Shown piece after piece: positions 24,401 through 36,400 of a DNA stretch of 64,000 bases. The position numbers and the translations under genes were made by a program. The DNA is from Owenia fusiformis. Lineage: Eukaryota. Location: assembly GCA_903813345.2 (NCBI GenBank), contig CAIIXF020000001.1:26784001-26848000 (forward strand), in the 5' to 3' direction. Numbering within the stretch: the first letter of the stretch is position 1; each line of letters begins with the position of its first letter. The notes beneath the pieces are model-generated. The model searched no databases. It was not told the origin of the DNA and worked only from the letters and a program-made list of their open reading frames with translations.

Positions 24401-27400
24401 ATAGTATTAGCTTTGACCCAACATTGATGGAAATATAGATATTTTAGCTTCCAAGCCTTTACGATGATATTTAGTATTTGAGTTACCTGTATATAGTAAT
24501 AAGAAATACAAAAATAGCCTATGTGACATTCTGATTTTAACCTTCCCCTAAATATGTCAATCGTAGCATACGATTACTAAATAGACTAAAAATAAATAAA
24601 TTGACATAAACAAATTCATTTAATGATACTGGTAAAATTTTGTTTTACATAGCTGACCCCATGATAATTACACTAATTAACTTACCTTTCAGGAGTTGGG
24701 CTTCTATCTTTGACACTTCGGGGACTAGGAATCCTGGATTCTTCTTTAGGGGGACTAGTCTCTCCTCCAAAGGAAACTGCAAACCTGAGCTGTTTGGAAG
24801 GAGTCTTCTTGCTCCCTGGGGTAGCATGTTCAACAGTGTGAGGGGTGATCAATGTAGGCGTGGAAGCAGCTTTAGGAGTTGAGGTCGATGTTGAGGCCTC
24901 AGGTTCACTGAAGCCTATCCTACGTGGCACTCTAGGTGGGGCTAGGTCAGCATCCATACTAGCCACACCTTAATGAATTTAATGTCATTGTTACAAGTGG
25001 ATCCATTACTTCAGAATTCAAACAATGATTGTATGACAATGAACTACAGATTTTTTAACATTTCAAAATGATGGGGTTTTCTAGTTTTGAAAAAAATTCA
25101 ACACTTATTAATTTGAGCAATATCTGTAATTCAATTCTCACAAAGGATTAATAATCGCTGTTAAGTTACACATACTTGCAAATCTAGCTGATACTTTTAC
25201 AGGATCCTTTTGAAGTGATGATGGTGACTTTCTTACAGACCTCCGTACTTTTAAGATAGACTGGGGGGTGGGCTGAGGTAGGAGCACCTTGGGGGAGTGG
25301 GAGGGGGTCTTCCGTTTGACTGGGGGTGTGCTCAACAGAGAAAGCACTTCCGCACTGAGGTAGTTAGACATTCTCCTAAAATAGCAAAATGATACTTTCA
25401 ATTCTAAAAATAAATTAGTCTTAATGCATTTGAATAGATTAGACATTCTATGATAGACACTGACGACCTTGACTTTTGTAATTATGGTAGGAAATTCAAA
25501 TATTTGAGTGTTGAAAATAATTTGAGAATAATTCCAGTCATAAGTTATTTTCTTATTTTCAAATTTTCCTCAGGGCTTCAATCCAACTTTAAAATTTCAA
25601 ATCAGACCTATTTTCTGCTTGAATACAAACTCATACCTTGGGGGTGTTGATGTGAATGTAGTTGATATGTGCGGATGCTTCATGGGGGACATTGGGAGTA
25701 GTGGCTCCACCTGGGAGGGGTCCTCCATCACCGACACTGACGGGTAAACAACCTCAGATGCACCACTAAAATATGGGAAAATTACACATTAGAGATAACA
25801 AAAATAATAAACATAAGATTAGTTTCTGTTTATTTTGCTCAATTAGCTTGCTGGTTCACTATCACTTTTGAAATAATATGAATGCAAATTGAAATCAATG
25901 AGTACAATACTTCGGATTCCAATATCTTGCTGGTTCACTATCACTTTTGAAATAATATGAATGCAAATTGAAATCAAAGAGTACAATACTTCAGATTCCA
26001 ATATCTTGCTGGTTCACTATCACTTTTGAAATAATATGAATGCAAATTGAAATTAATGAGTACAATACTTCGGATTCCAATATCTTGCTGGTTCACTATC
26101 ACTTTTGAAATAATATGAATACAAATTGAAATCAAAGAGTACAATACTCCAGATTCCAATATCTTGCTGGTTCACTATCACTTTTGAAATAATATGAATG
26201 CAAATTGAAATCAAAGAGTACAATACTTCAGATTCCAATATCTTGCTGGTTCACTATCACTTTTGAAATAATATGAATGCAAATTGAAATCAAAGAGTAC
26301 AATACTTCAGATTCCAATATCTTGCTGGTTCACTATCACTTTTGAAATAATATGAATGCAAATTGAAATCAAAGAGTACAATACTCCAGATTCCAATATC
26401 TTGCTGGTTCACTATCACTTTTGAAATAATATGAATGCAAATTGAAATTAATGAGTACAATACTTCGGATTCCAATATCTTGCTGGTTCACTATCACTTT
26501 TGAAATAATATGAATGCAAATTGAAATCAAAGAGTACAATACTCCAGATTCCAATATCTTGCTGGTTCACTATCACTTTTGAAATAATATGAATGCAAAT
26601 TGAAATCAAAGAGTACAATACTTCAGATTCCAATATCTTGCTGGTTCACTATCACTTTTGAAATAATATGAATGCAAATTGAAATCAAAGAGTACAATAC
26701 TTCAGATTCCAATATCTTGCTGGTTCACTATCACTTTTGAAATAATATGAATGCAAATTGAAATCAATGAGTACAATATTTCAGATTCCAATTTCATTTT
26801 GTTTTTTACTATCACCTAATGATCATTATGGTACATAGCACAATTAAAATTGTTAGACTCTAACCTTCTCCTAGACTTGAGTTTAGGTGTGATTGGTGTA
26901 CATGTAAATGGTTCCATTGATATAGCTGGCTGCTGTTGCTCATCTCTGGAACAAGCAAGGTTTCAGTTTATATAATTCAATATTGTGTTTCAAAAAGTGA
27001 AATAATTTTGTCTAAATTCAGAAAAGTGATGTTGATTGAAGTAACTTTTATTGAACAGTGGGGATGGGGTAGGGTTTCACTTAAGTGATGACACAAATTA
27101 AAGTTTAAGATATGACATTTACAGAAATTCATTCCTTTAAGAGGAGTGCAAACTGTTCTTGCCATGTCTCATTCAAATAACCGAGCTGGTACATGTACAT
27201 ATATTTCTCAAGTAATATCCAATCAATCACATACCTCTGTTCATCAACATCAATCTCCTCTTCATCTTGGACATCTTTGGCTTCGTTGACTTTCTCCAGA
27301 ACTGCATTGATGAGGGTAGCATGTGAGACAATTGTGCCACGCTTGTTGTTCACTACGGTTGAGAGAGGCCTTGGTCTTACGACTGAAACACACAAATATG

Positions 27401-30400
27401 GCCATCAACACAGGCAAAGTCACTATCCAACCAATAAGAGATGACACACTGCACTGCCAAACTATTTCAATGTTCATACCATTCATGTTGAATTACCTAT
27501 TAATTATTGAAGTGAGAGCAATAATAGCCTCTGAAAATCAAATACAGTGCATGGTCTAATACCGTACAGGTACTAAACTTGTGAAGTGTATTCATGATAT
27601 ACCTTCACGTCTCATCAAGGTGGGCCGTTTCCTAATCAGCTCTGTCCCAAAGGTGAGTTTACGCTGAACTGTGGGGAGAACATTACTGTAACAACTAACT
27701 ATCGCATTCCTAGCAGCAGCCCTCTCCCTTGCCGACACATCTGCCTCATTCTGAAAATACAACACATGAGAAATAAAATGCATTGATTTAACATGCCAAA
27801 CTTAAGGAGAGAAGTGTTTTGATTAGAGAATAACAATCAAATTTTTCAGACGTGGTCTCATATCCAACATTATAATTTTCCGAACTAACAAAGTTTGGTA
27901 GGGATATAGTGAAGACCTCCATCTGTCTGTCAGTCCACTAGTCAGTCCATCTGTCCGTTCGGAAGATAACTCGAATACTAGTGGACGGATTTTCTTCATA
28001 TTATTCATATTGGTGAATAGCTGTATACAATAACAAAAAAATTCCAAGATGGCCACCGCTTTAAAAATGGCTGGTTTCGTGAAAATCTTAAGTTTTTCTA
28101 AGATGAGGGAAAGCCCCAGAGTTTAAAGATGACAGACATAATTACCTCTCTTGCTTACCACCTTCGTTCATTCGAATTTTCATCGGCTAGTTATCAAATA
28201 TTACACTTCGATGGGATGTTTTAATTGACATAGGCATATTCCGTACACCTTTCCTTATCTTGATGTGAAATGAGAAGCTATGATATTGGTTAACACGCCA
28301 GAAATGAACATAATATTATTCGAAGCGTATTTCGAAAATTTTGAAACCGCCATTGATGACGTCATTTGTTTGTCGACTTTTGACCAATCAGCGACGATGT
28401 CATCTCAATACAGATTTACATTATAAGCGTATGTCATCTTTAAACCCTGGTGTTTCTCCCCCTCTGAGTTTTTCTTTTTAAACCAAAGTTATAAATATTA
28501 TTGTTTCGAATTTTGGTAGTATATTCACAACATGTTCTATCTATTTCATATATATTCCGAGTTTTTCAACATGACCCCCAGGGGCCATGTATTAGGGGTT
28601 GGGAAAATGGGAATTTGCTTTAATTTTGAGATCTTTCTAAAGTATAGCTTTATTGTACTCAAATGAAAGGCAATTAGAGTACATTGCAAATATTGTATTG
28701 GTTTTGTAATTTTGGCCAAGTAAAATTCAAAATGGCCACCTTATGTGAGATTTTGCAATAATTTTCTGACCCCTTTAAAGTATGGCTATATTATCAAATT
28801 GAAGGAAATTTAGGGTAGATCATTACTTTGGCATTGTCTTTCCGATTTGTGCCTCAGAAAATTCAAAATGGCTGCCAACAGGAATTTGCATTAATTTTGA
28901 GATATTTCTGAGTATTGCTTTATTATACTCAAATGAAAGGCAATTTATAGTAGATTGCAAATACATGTATTGTATCGGTTTTGTAATTTGGGCCTCGTAA
29001 AATTCAAAATGGCTGCCACCTTATGAGGAATTTCGCAATAATTTTCTGATCTATTTTGATATTGTCTTTATTATTTGTGCCTTAAAAACTCTTAAAGATC
29101 TAATAGCAAAGGTTTTGCAAAAATAAATCAATGTAGTATAAAACAAATGTATGTATAATGAAGAAATAAATATATAATGAAAAAAATAGATATGTGTTAC
29201 AGTATTATATTCTATTATATTCACATTAAGTTTAGTTTATCAATATGCATATACTGTAACTGATCTTCATTAGAGATCTTAGGTCAAGGTCACAATGACA
29301 TTATATCTTGTAAACATAACTGAACTGAATGACTCATTAACCATTGGTCTTCTAGAAAGTACTGGAACTATAATCATTAAATCAAGATTGAATCATGTGA
29401 CTTAAGATGTCCAATCAGTGTTGATTTCCAGAAATTGTAACTTCTTGAAACATCTGGACTTTGCCTTTGCACTATATAATGAGAGAGCTGATTTGGGCTG
29501 TTAGCAGAATTTTAAAGTTGATCAAAAGGACATCTTCTTAGCAGAAAATTACAGACACCTACTTTGGGAACATTTATAACATTACAAACATACAACCTAA
29601 GGATTTTATATGGACATATATTACAACACGCACTATATACGGATTATCATATACATTCGTGGATTATCATTAAACATTTGTGGATTATCATCAAACATTA
29701 TTGGATACGAACATTATAGGATTACAACAAACATTATTGGATTATTACAAACATTGGAGAACTATCAACGATTATTGAAACATTCCGTGATCTGGAACAT
29801 TCTCAAGGATCGTCAACGACATTTATCGACATCAAGAATAAGCCGTATCATTGATTGGACATCACTTAAGTATTAAACCTCCTTTATATTATTGTTATAT
29901 TATTTAGTTTTCAAAATATAAATATATTGTTATCATATTTTAATTGCTGTTTTTACTTTCTGTTATTTTCGAACGTAACAGAAATTGGGGGCTCGTCCGG
30001 GAAACAACTATAACAAGCTAAAATACAAATATTTTAAAATTCAAAATCTAAAACTTGCACATTTAATTTGTGAAGACAGCAATTAATCAAAAATGAGTTT
30101 TGAGGTTGAGACATTTTTAGAAGCGCCCTCTTTGGAGGAGTTTGACAAGTTAAAGAAAACTGATCTTCTGGCACTGGCTAAACATGTTGGCTTGGCAGTT
30201 AAAACTTCCTACAGAAAAGGCACAATTAAAAACCTTTTAGTGCAATATTTGGTAGCAGAAGAAATTCTGCCTGAGGAAGCGTTAAAGCTTTCCATGGAGC
30301 CGGCCCAACATGTTGAGCCTGTTGATCCTATTAGGCTCAAAGAGCTTGAATTGAGAGAGAAAGAGTTAGAAATGCAAAATGAAAGAGAGAAAAGAGAAAC

Positions 30401-33400
30401 AAGATTAAGAGAACAAGAAATTCAAAAGGAAAAAGAAATTGAATTAAAACGACTTGAAATAGAAGCCAAATCCAAAACTGATGAACATGCTACTATGCAT
30501 CAACATTTTGAAAATAGGTTTGACGCTTCAAAATTTCTCAAATTTGTTCCTAAATTTCAAGAGAAAAATGTTGATAAATACTTTACACATTTTGAAAAGG
30601 TCGCTCAGAGCCTAGACTGGCCTAAATCTGCATGGCCAGTTATGCTCCAGAGTGTATTCATTGGTAAAGCAAGTGAAATATTTGCCTCTCTCTCAGGAGA
30701 AGTATGCTCTGATTATGACCTAGTTAAAAATGCAATTCTTAAAGCTTATGAACTAGTGCCAGAAGCTTACAGACAAAAATTTAGAAATGCCCACAAACAG
30801 AGTGACCAAACCCATGTTGAGTTTGCTCGAGAGCAAGAGCAGCTTTTTGACAGGTGGCTTGTCTCTAAAGATGTATCTGAAGAGTTTAAAAAGCTCAGAG
30901 AGCTTATGCTAATAGAACAATTTAAAAACTGTGTTCAGTATCACATTAGAACTTACTTAGATGAACACAAGGTAGAAACTTTAAGTCAAGCTGCCACCCT
31001 GTCTGATGATTATGCTCTTACTCATAAGGGTAGTTTTATCAAAGGTAATCCTAACTTTAGAGGTTATCAAGGTAACAAACCTTCATATGACTCTAAATCA
31101 AATCAGTCCTCATCATCAAATACATCAAACAAAGCAAAAGACCAGTCTAATTCATCACAGAATTCTAGCTCAAAATCAGATCAATCAAATTCTTCAGGTC
31201 CAAAATCAAACGTCACCTGTAACTATTGTAAAAAGCCTGGTCATCTTATTTCTGAATGCTATAGGATTAAGAATAGAAGAGAGATGTCTGGTTCTGCTCA
31301 TTCAAATGGTTGTGTTACAGTTCCCATTTCAAGAAAGCCCATTGTTTGGGATTCATATACTCATACTGAGAAATCTACTCATAGTGATATTATGGAGGAT
31401 TATAAGCCTTTCATGTCGGAAGGATCTGTGTCACTGTCAAGTGATGATACCAATTCAAAGCCAGTTAAGATTCTTAGAGACACGGGTGCATCTCAGACCT
31501 TGTTGTTAGAAGGTGTCCTTCCTTTATCTGAGGAGTCATTCACAGGTACCCATATTTTGATGCAAGGCATTGAATTAGGTTTTACTAAAGTTCCCCTCCA
31601 TCGTATTCATATCACATCAGAGTTAGTCAAAGGGCCAGTTATTGTTGGTGTTAGGCCACAACTTCCTGTTGAAGGAGTCGCATTGCTTTTAGGCAATGAT
31701 TTAGCTGGGGGTAAGGTATCGTTAGACCCCATTGTCTCAGATCAGCCTTGTTCTATTGAGGATTCTGTCCAAGAGGACTCTGATATATATCCTGCTTGTG
31801 CTGTTACTAGGGCTATGGCTAAAAGGTTAGCTAATAGCGGGGATTCGTCTGTGGGAGATGACTTTGATAGTGGATTTTTAAGCTCCTTGTTTGATGATGA
31901 ATGTCACTCACCACTTGTTAAAGATGATCCTTATCCTATTTTAAAGACAAATTCTTCATTGAAACAGCCTTCTGTTCAAGCCAAGCAGTCATCTATTAAG
32001 GCAAATTCTTCATTGAAAAAGCCTATTGCCAGAGGGGATTCACCTTCTGAGCAGGATCACTATTTTAATGCGGTTTCGCCCGCTCTTGCTAGTCCTGATG
32101 AAGTTTCATCTTCTTCTGCTAGTGTTCATGAGGTTTCATCCCCTCCTTGTTCTGAGGTTTCATCCTCTATTTCTGATAGTGATTCTTTGAAAAATGATCC
32201 TCATTCTAAACACATGTTAATTTATGAACAAGAGCATGATCCATCACTCATTGATCTTCATAAAAGATGTCTTACTATTGATGAAGCTGACAAGGTCCCT
32301 GTTTGTTTCTACAAAAAGGATGGCATATTAATGCGAAAGTGGAGACCTCCTGAAGCTTCCCCCGAAGACGATTGGGCAATTGTACATCAAATTGTTGTCC
32401 CAAAATCATATCATAAGGAAATCTTGAGTCTAGCTCATGATTCTCCCATGGCAGGTCATTTAGGAGTAACTAAAACATACCATAAAATACTCAATCATTT
32501 CTATTGGCCCAAATTAAAACAAGATGTCCAAGAGTATTGTAGGTCTTGTCATACATGTCAAATGGTAGGGAAACCTAATCAGAAAATTCCAACTGCTCCT
32601 TTACACCCTATACCTGCATTCGATGAACCATTTAGCAAGGTTCTTATTGACTGTGTTGGTCCATTACCAAAAACAAAATCTGGTAATCAATATTTACTCA
32701 CTATTCTTTGTATGGCCACACGGTTTCCAGAAGCGATTCCACTTAGAAATATCAAAGCCAAAAACATAGTGAAATCACTCATCAAATTTTTCACCTTAGT
32801 TGGACTGCCAAAAGATCTTCAGTCTGATCAGGGCTCAAATTTCATGTCAGGCTTATTCCAACAGGTAATGGATACCTTGGGTATCAAACAGTGTAAGTCA
32901 AGTGCCTATCACCCAGAGTCTCAAGGAGCTCTAGAGCGTTACCATCAGACGCTTAAGACCATGATTAGAGCTTTCTGTTTTGAATATGAGAAAGACTGGG
33001 ATGAGGGCATACCATTGCTTCTGTTTGCTACCAGAGAGGCTAAGCAAGAATCTTTAGGGTTCAGTCCATTTGAGCTGGTATTTGGTCATTCTGTGCGTGG
33101 TCCACTTAAATTGCTCAAAGAAAAGTGGCTTTCAGAAACTGAAAAGTTTAATTTGTTGAACTATGTCACTGGGTTTAAAGAGCGCCTATCAAAGGCTTGT
33201 GAAATAGCCAAAGAGAATTTGCTAAATAGCCAAGATAAAATGAAAACTTGGTATGACAGAAAAGTCAAAGAAAGATCATTCCAGCCTGGTGACAAAGTTC
33301 TTATATTACTGCCGCTTCAGACAAATCCGCTACAAGCAAAATTCTATGGTCCTTATGTAGTGGATTCCAAGGTCAATGACCTCAATTATATTGTCAAAAC

Positions 33401-36400
33401 TCCAGATAGGCGCAAAGAAACACAATTGTGTCACATCAATATGATGAAAAGGTACTTTGAGCCAGACAAAGAGCATGGCTCAATTAAACCTGTGGTCACT
33501 TTGGCACCTGTCCTTATAACTGAAACTGATCTACAAGATTCAAATGATATCAATTGTACTGATTTAGACTATGAAGATATCAAAGGTTTGTCCAGGTTAA
33601 AGAACTCTGAAGTATTATCAAATCTAGATCATAAATTGCATCATGTGACAAATGATCAAAAACAGCAAGTCACAGAATTAATTCATGAGTTCACTGATAT
33701 CTTCTCTGATGTACCGACTAAGACATCTATAGCTTATCATGATGTTGAAGTCCAAGATGTAAACCCTATTAAGCAACATGCTTATAGAGTAAATCCATCA
33801 AAATCTGAAGATTTGAGAGCTGAGGTCAATTATATGTTAGAAAATGACATAATTGAAAAGAGCAATAGCCCATGGAGTTCACCTGCTTTCATTGTACCAA
33901 AATCAAATGGTGGACGTAGGCTAGTAGTTAATTATATCAAGGTGAATCGAGTAACAAAGACTGATTCTTATCCCATACCACGAATTGACGACTGTATTGA
34001 CAAAATTGGAACTGCTAAATATGTCAGTAAATTTGATCTCCTCAAAGGATTCCTAGGGGTTCCATTAACTGAAAGAGCAAAACAGGTATCTGCCTTTGTT
34101 ACTCCTGATGGTTTGTACCAATTTAAAGTTATGCCATTTGGTATGAAAAATGCACCTGCCACATTTCAAAGAATGATGAATGGCTTATTAGCAGATCTCA
34201 AAAACACTGGTGTATACATCGATGATGTAATTGTCTATTCTAACACTTTTGATGAACACATGTGTTTGCTGCGTAAGTTGTTTGAAAGAATCTCTCTGGC
34301 CAATTTAACCATCAATTTGGCTAAGAGTGAATTTTGTAAAGCCACAGTTGAATATCTGGGCCATGTGGTAGGTCAAGGACAGGTCAAACCAGTGAGTGCC
34401 AAAGTGGAATCAATTACACAACTCCCAGCTCCTACTAACAAGAAAGAATTAATGAGAAGTCTTGGAATGGCTGGCTTTTATAGGAAGTTTTGTCCAAATT
34501 TCTCTTCAATTGCTCTTCCATTGACCAATTTACTTGGGAAAAACATCAAATATGTGTGGTCTGAGCAATGTCATACAGCCTTTGATAAAATCAAGGCCAT
34601 ACTAAGTGAAGAACCAGTGCTTGTTGCACCTGATTTTAGCAAGCCATTCAAGATTCAAGTAGATGCTTCTGATGTAGGAATGGGAGCTGTTCTATTACAA
34701 GAAAGGGATGGTATTGATCATCCAGTGTGTTATTATTCAAAGAAATTTGATAAACATCAGAAAAACTACTCCACCATAGAAAAGGAATGTCTAGCATTAC
34801 TTCTGTCATTACAACATTTTGAAGTATATGTTAGTGCACCAGTTCATGTGGTTACTGTATTTACTGATCACAATCCGCTGACATTCCTTCATAGAATGAA
34901 GAACAAGAATCGTAGATTGTTGAGGTGGAGTCTGTTATTGTCAGAGTACAATCTTGACATAAGACACATCAAAGGCAAGGATAATTTGATTGCTGACACT
35001 CTTTCAAGAGTGTAATGTCTCTATTTTTAAGAGGTTATTCTATTTATACTGCATTTGCCTAAGGCTATGTGTTGATATAATAAAAAGATTGTACTTAGAG
35101 TGTGATTTGATAATATTATTGTATAATATGTTTTCGGGTTTTACTCAGTCTGTAACTTTATAAATATTATTGTATTTGACTATTGTAAACAAATGTTATG
35201 TAAGTCTCAACCTCATCTTTAAAAAAATGTAACCCTCGCTACACCAGATATTATTGTAAAAGTTTTTCATTGTATTCAAAACTTTTCTTTTAAGGAGGGA
35301 GGTGTTACAGTATTATATTCTATTATATTCACATTAAGTTTAGTTTATCAATATGCATATACTGTAACTGATCTTCATTAGAGATCTTAGGTCAAGGTCA
35401 CAATGACATTATATCTTGTAAACATAACTGAACTGAATGACTCATTAACCATTGGTCTTCTAGAAAGTACTGGAACTATAATCATTAAATCAAGATTGAA
35501 TCATGTGACTTAAGATGTCCAATCAGTGTTGATTTCCAGAAATTGTAACTTCTTGAAACATCTGGACTTTGCCTTTGCACTATATAATGAGAGAGCTGAT
35601 TTGGGCTGTTAGCAGAATTTTAAAGTTGATCAAAAGGACATCTTCTTAGCAGAAAATTACAGACACCTACTTTGGGAACATTTATAACATTACAAACATA
35701 CAACCTAAGGATTTTATATGGACATATATTACAACACGCACTATATACGGATTATCATATACATTCGTGGATTATCATTAAACATTTGTGGATTATCATC
35801 AAACATTATTGGATACGAACATTATAGGATTACAACAAACATTATTGGATTATTACAAACATTGGAGAACTATCAACGATTATTGAAACATTCCGTGATC
35901 TGGAACATTCTCAAGGATCGTCAACGACATTTATCGACATCAAGAATAAGCCGTATCATTGATTGGACATCACTTAAGTATTAAACCTCCTTTATATTAT
36001 TGTTATATTATTTAGTTTTCAAAATATAAATATATTGTTATCATATTTTAATTGCTGTTTTTACTTTCTGTTATTTTCGAACGTAACATATGTTTTTGTA
36101 ATATTGGTATAAACTTAAGATTAAAAGGTGTCACTATCTCCTTCATTTTTCTGATATTTCAACCTCGTCTTGCGAGGCCATTTTGATTTGAAACATCTTG
36201 AATTTGGTGTCAAAATAAAGCTGGTCACGCCCACTTTCAGAGTTATCAATGAATCATTTACTACGACTACTATATTCATTTAGGACGCGTGTAAAGTTAA
36301 CCAATCAGAAAGACAATTGTTCCATATATGGCAGTTCATTAACATATTCAGTGTTTACTACTGCTTTTCGCGTCATGACAACACGAGTAGTAACCAATCA

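Larger units (their letters stand above)
29195..36088 (+). mobile_element. Full-length Ty3/gypsy LTR retrotransposon, Gmr1-like clade
   Basis: 786-bp TG..CA LTRs at 29195-29980 and 35303-36088, 4-bp TSD TATG, PBS, PPT and a single gag-pol ORF. Confidence 0.97.

Noticed and set aside
25974-26633. Series of 61-aa ORFs and CRISPR-like periodicity
   Set aside because: Products of a 79-bp tandem repeat with no unique spacers, in eukaryotic intron context.
29610-29876. 88-aa ORF duplicated at 35718-35984
   Set aside because: Lies inside the LTRs over short internal repeats; no protein features.
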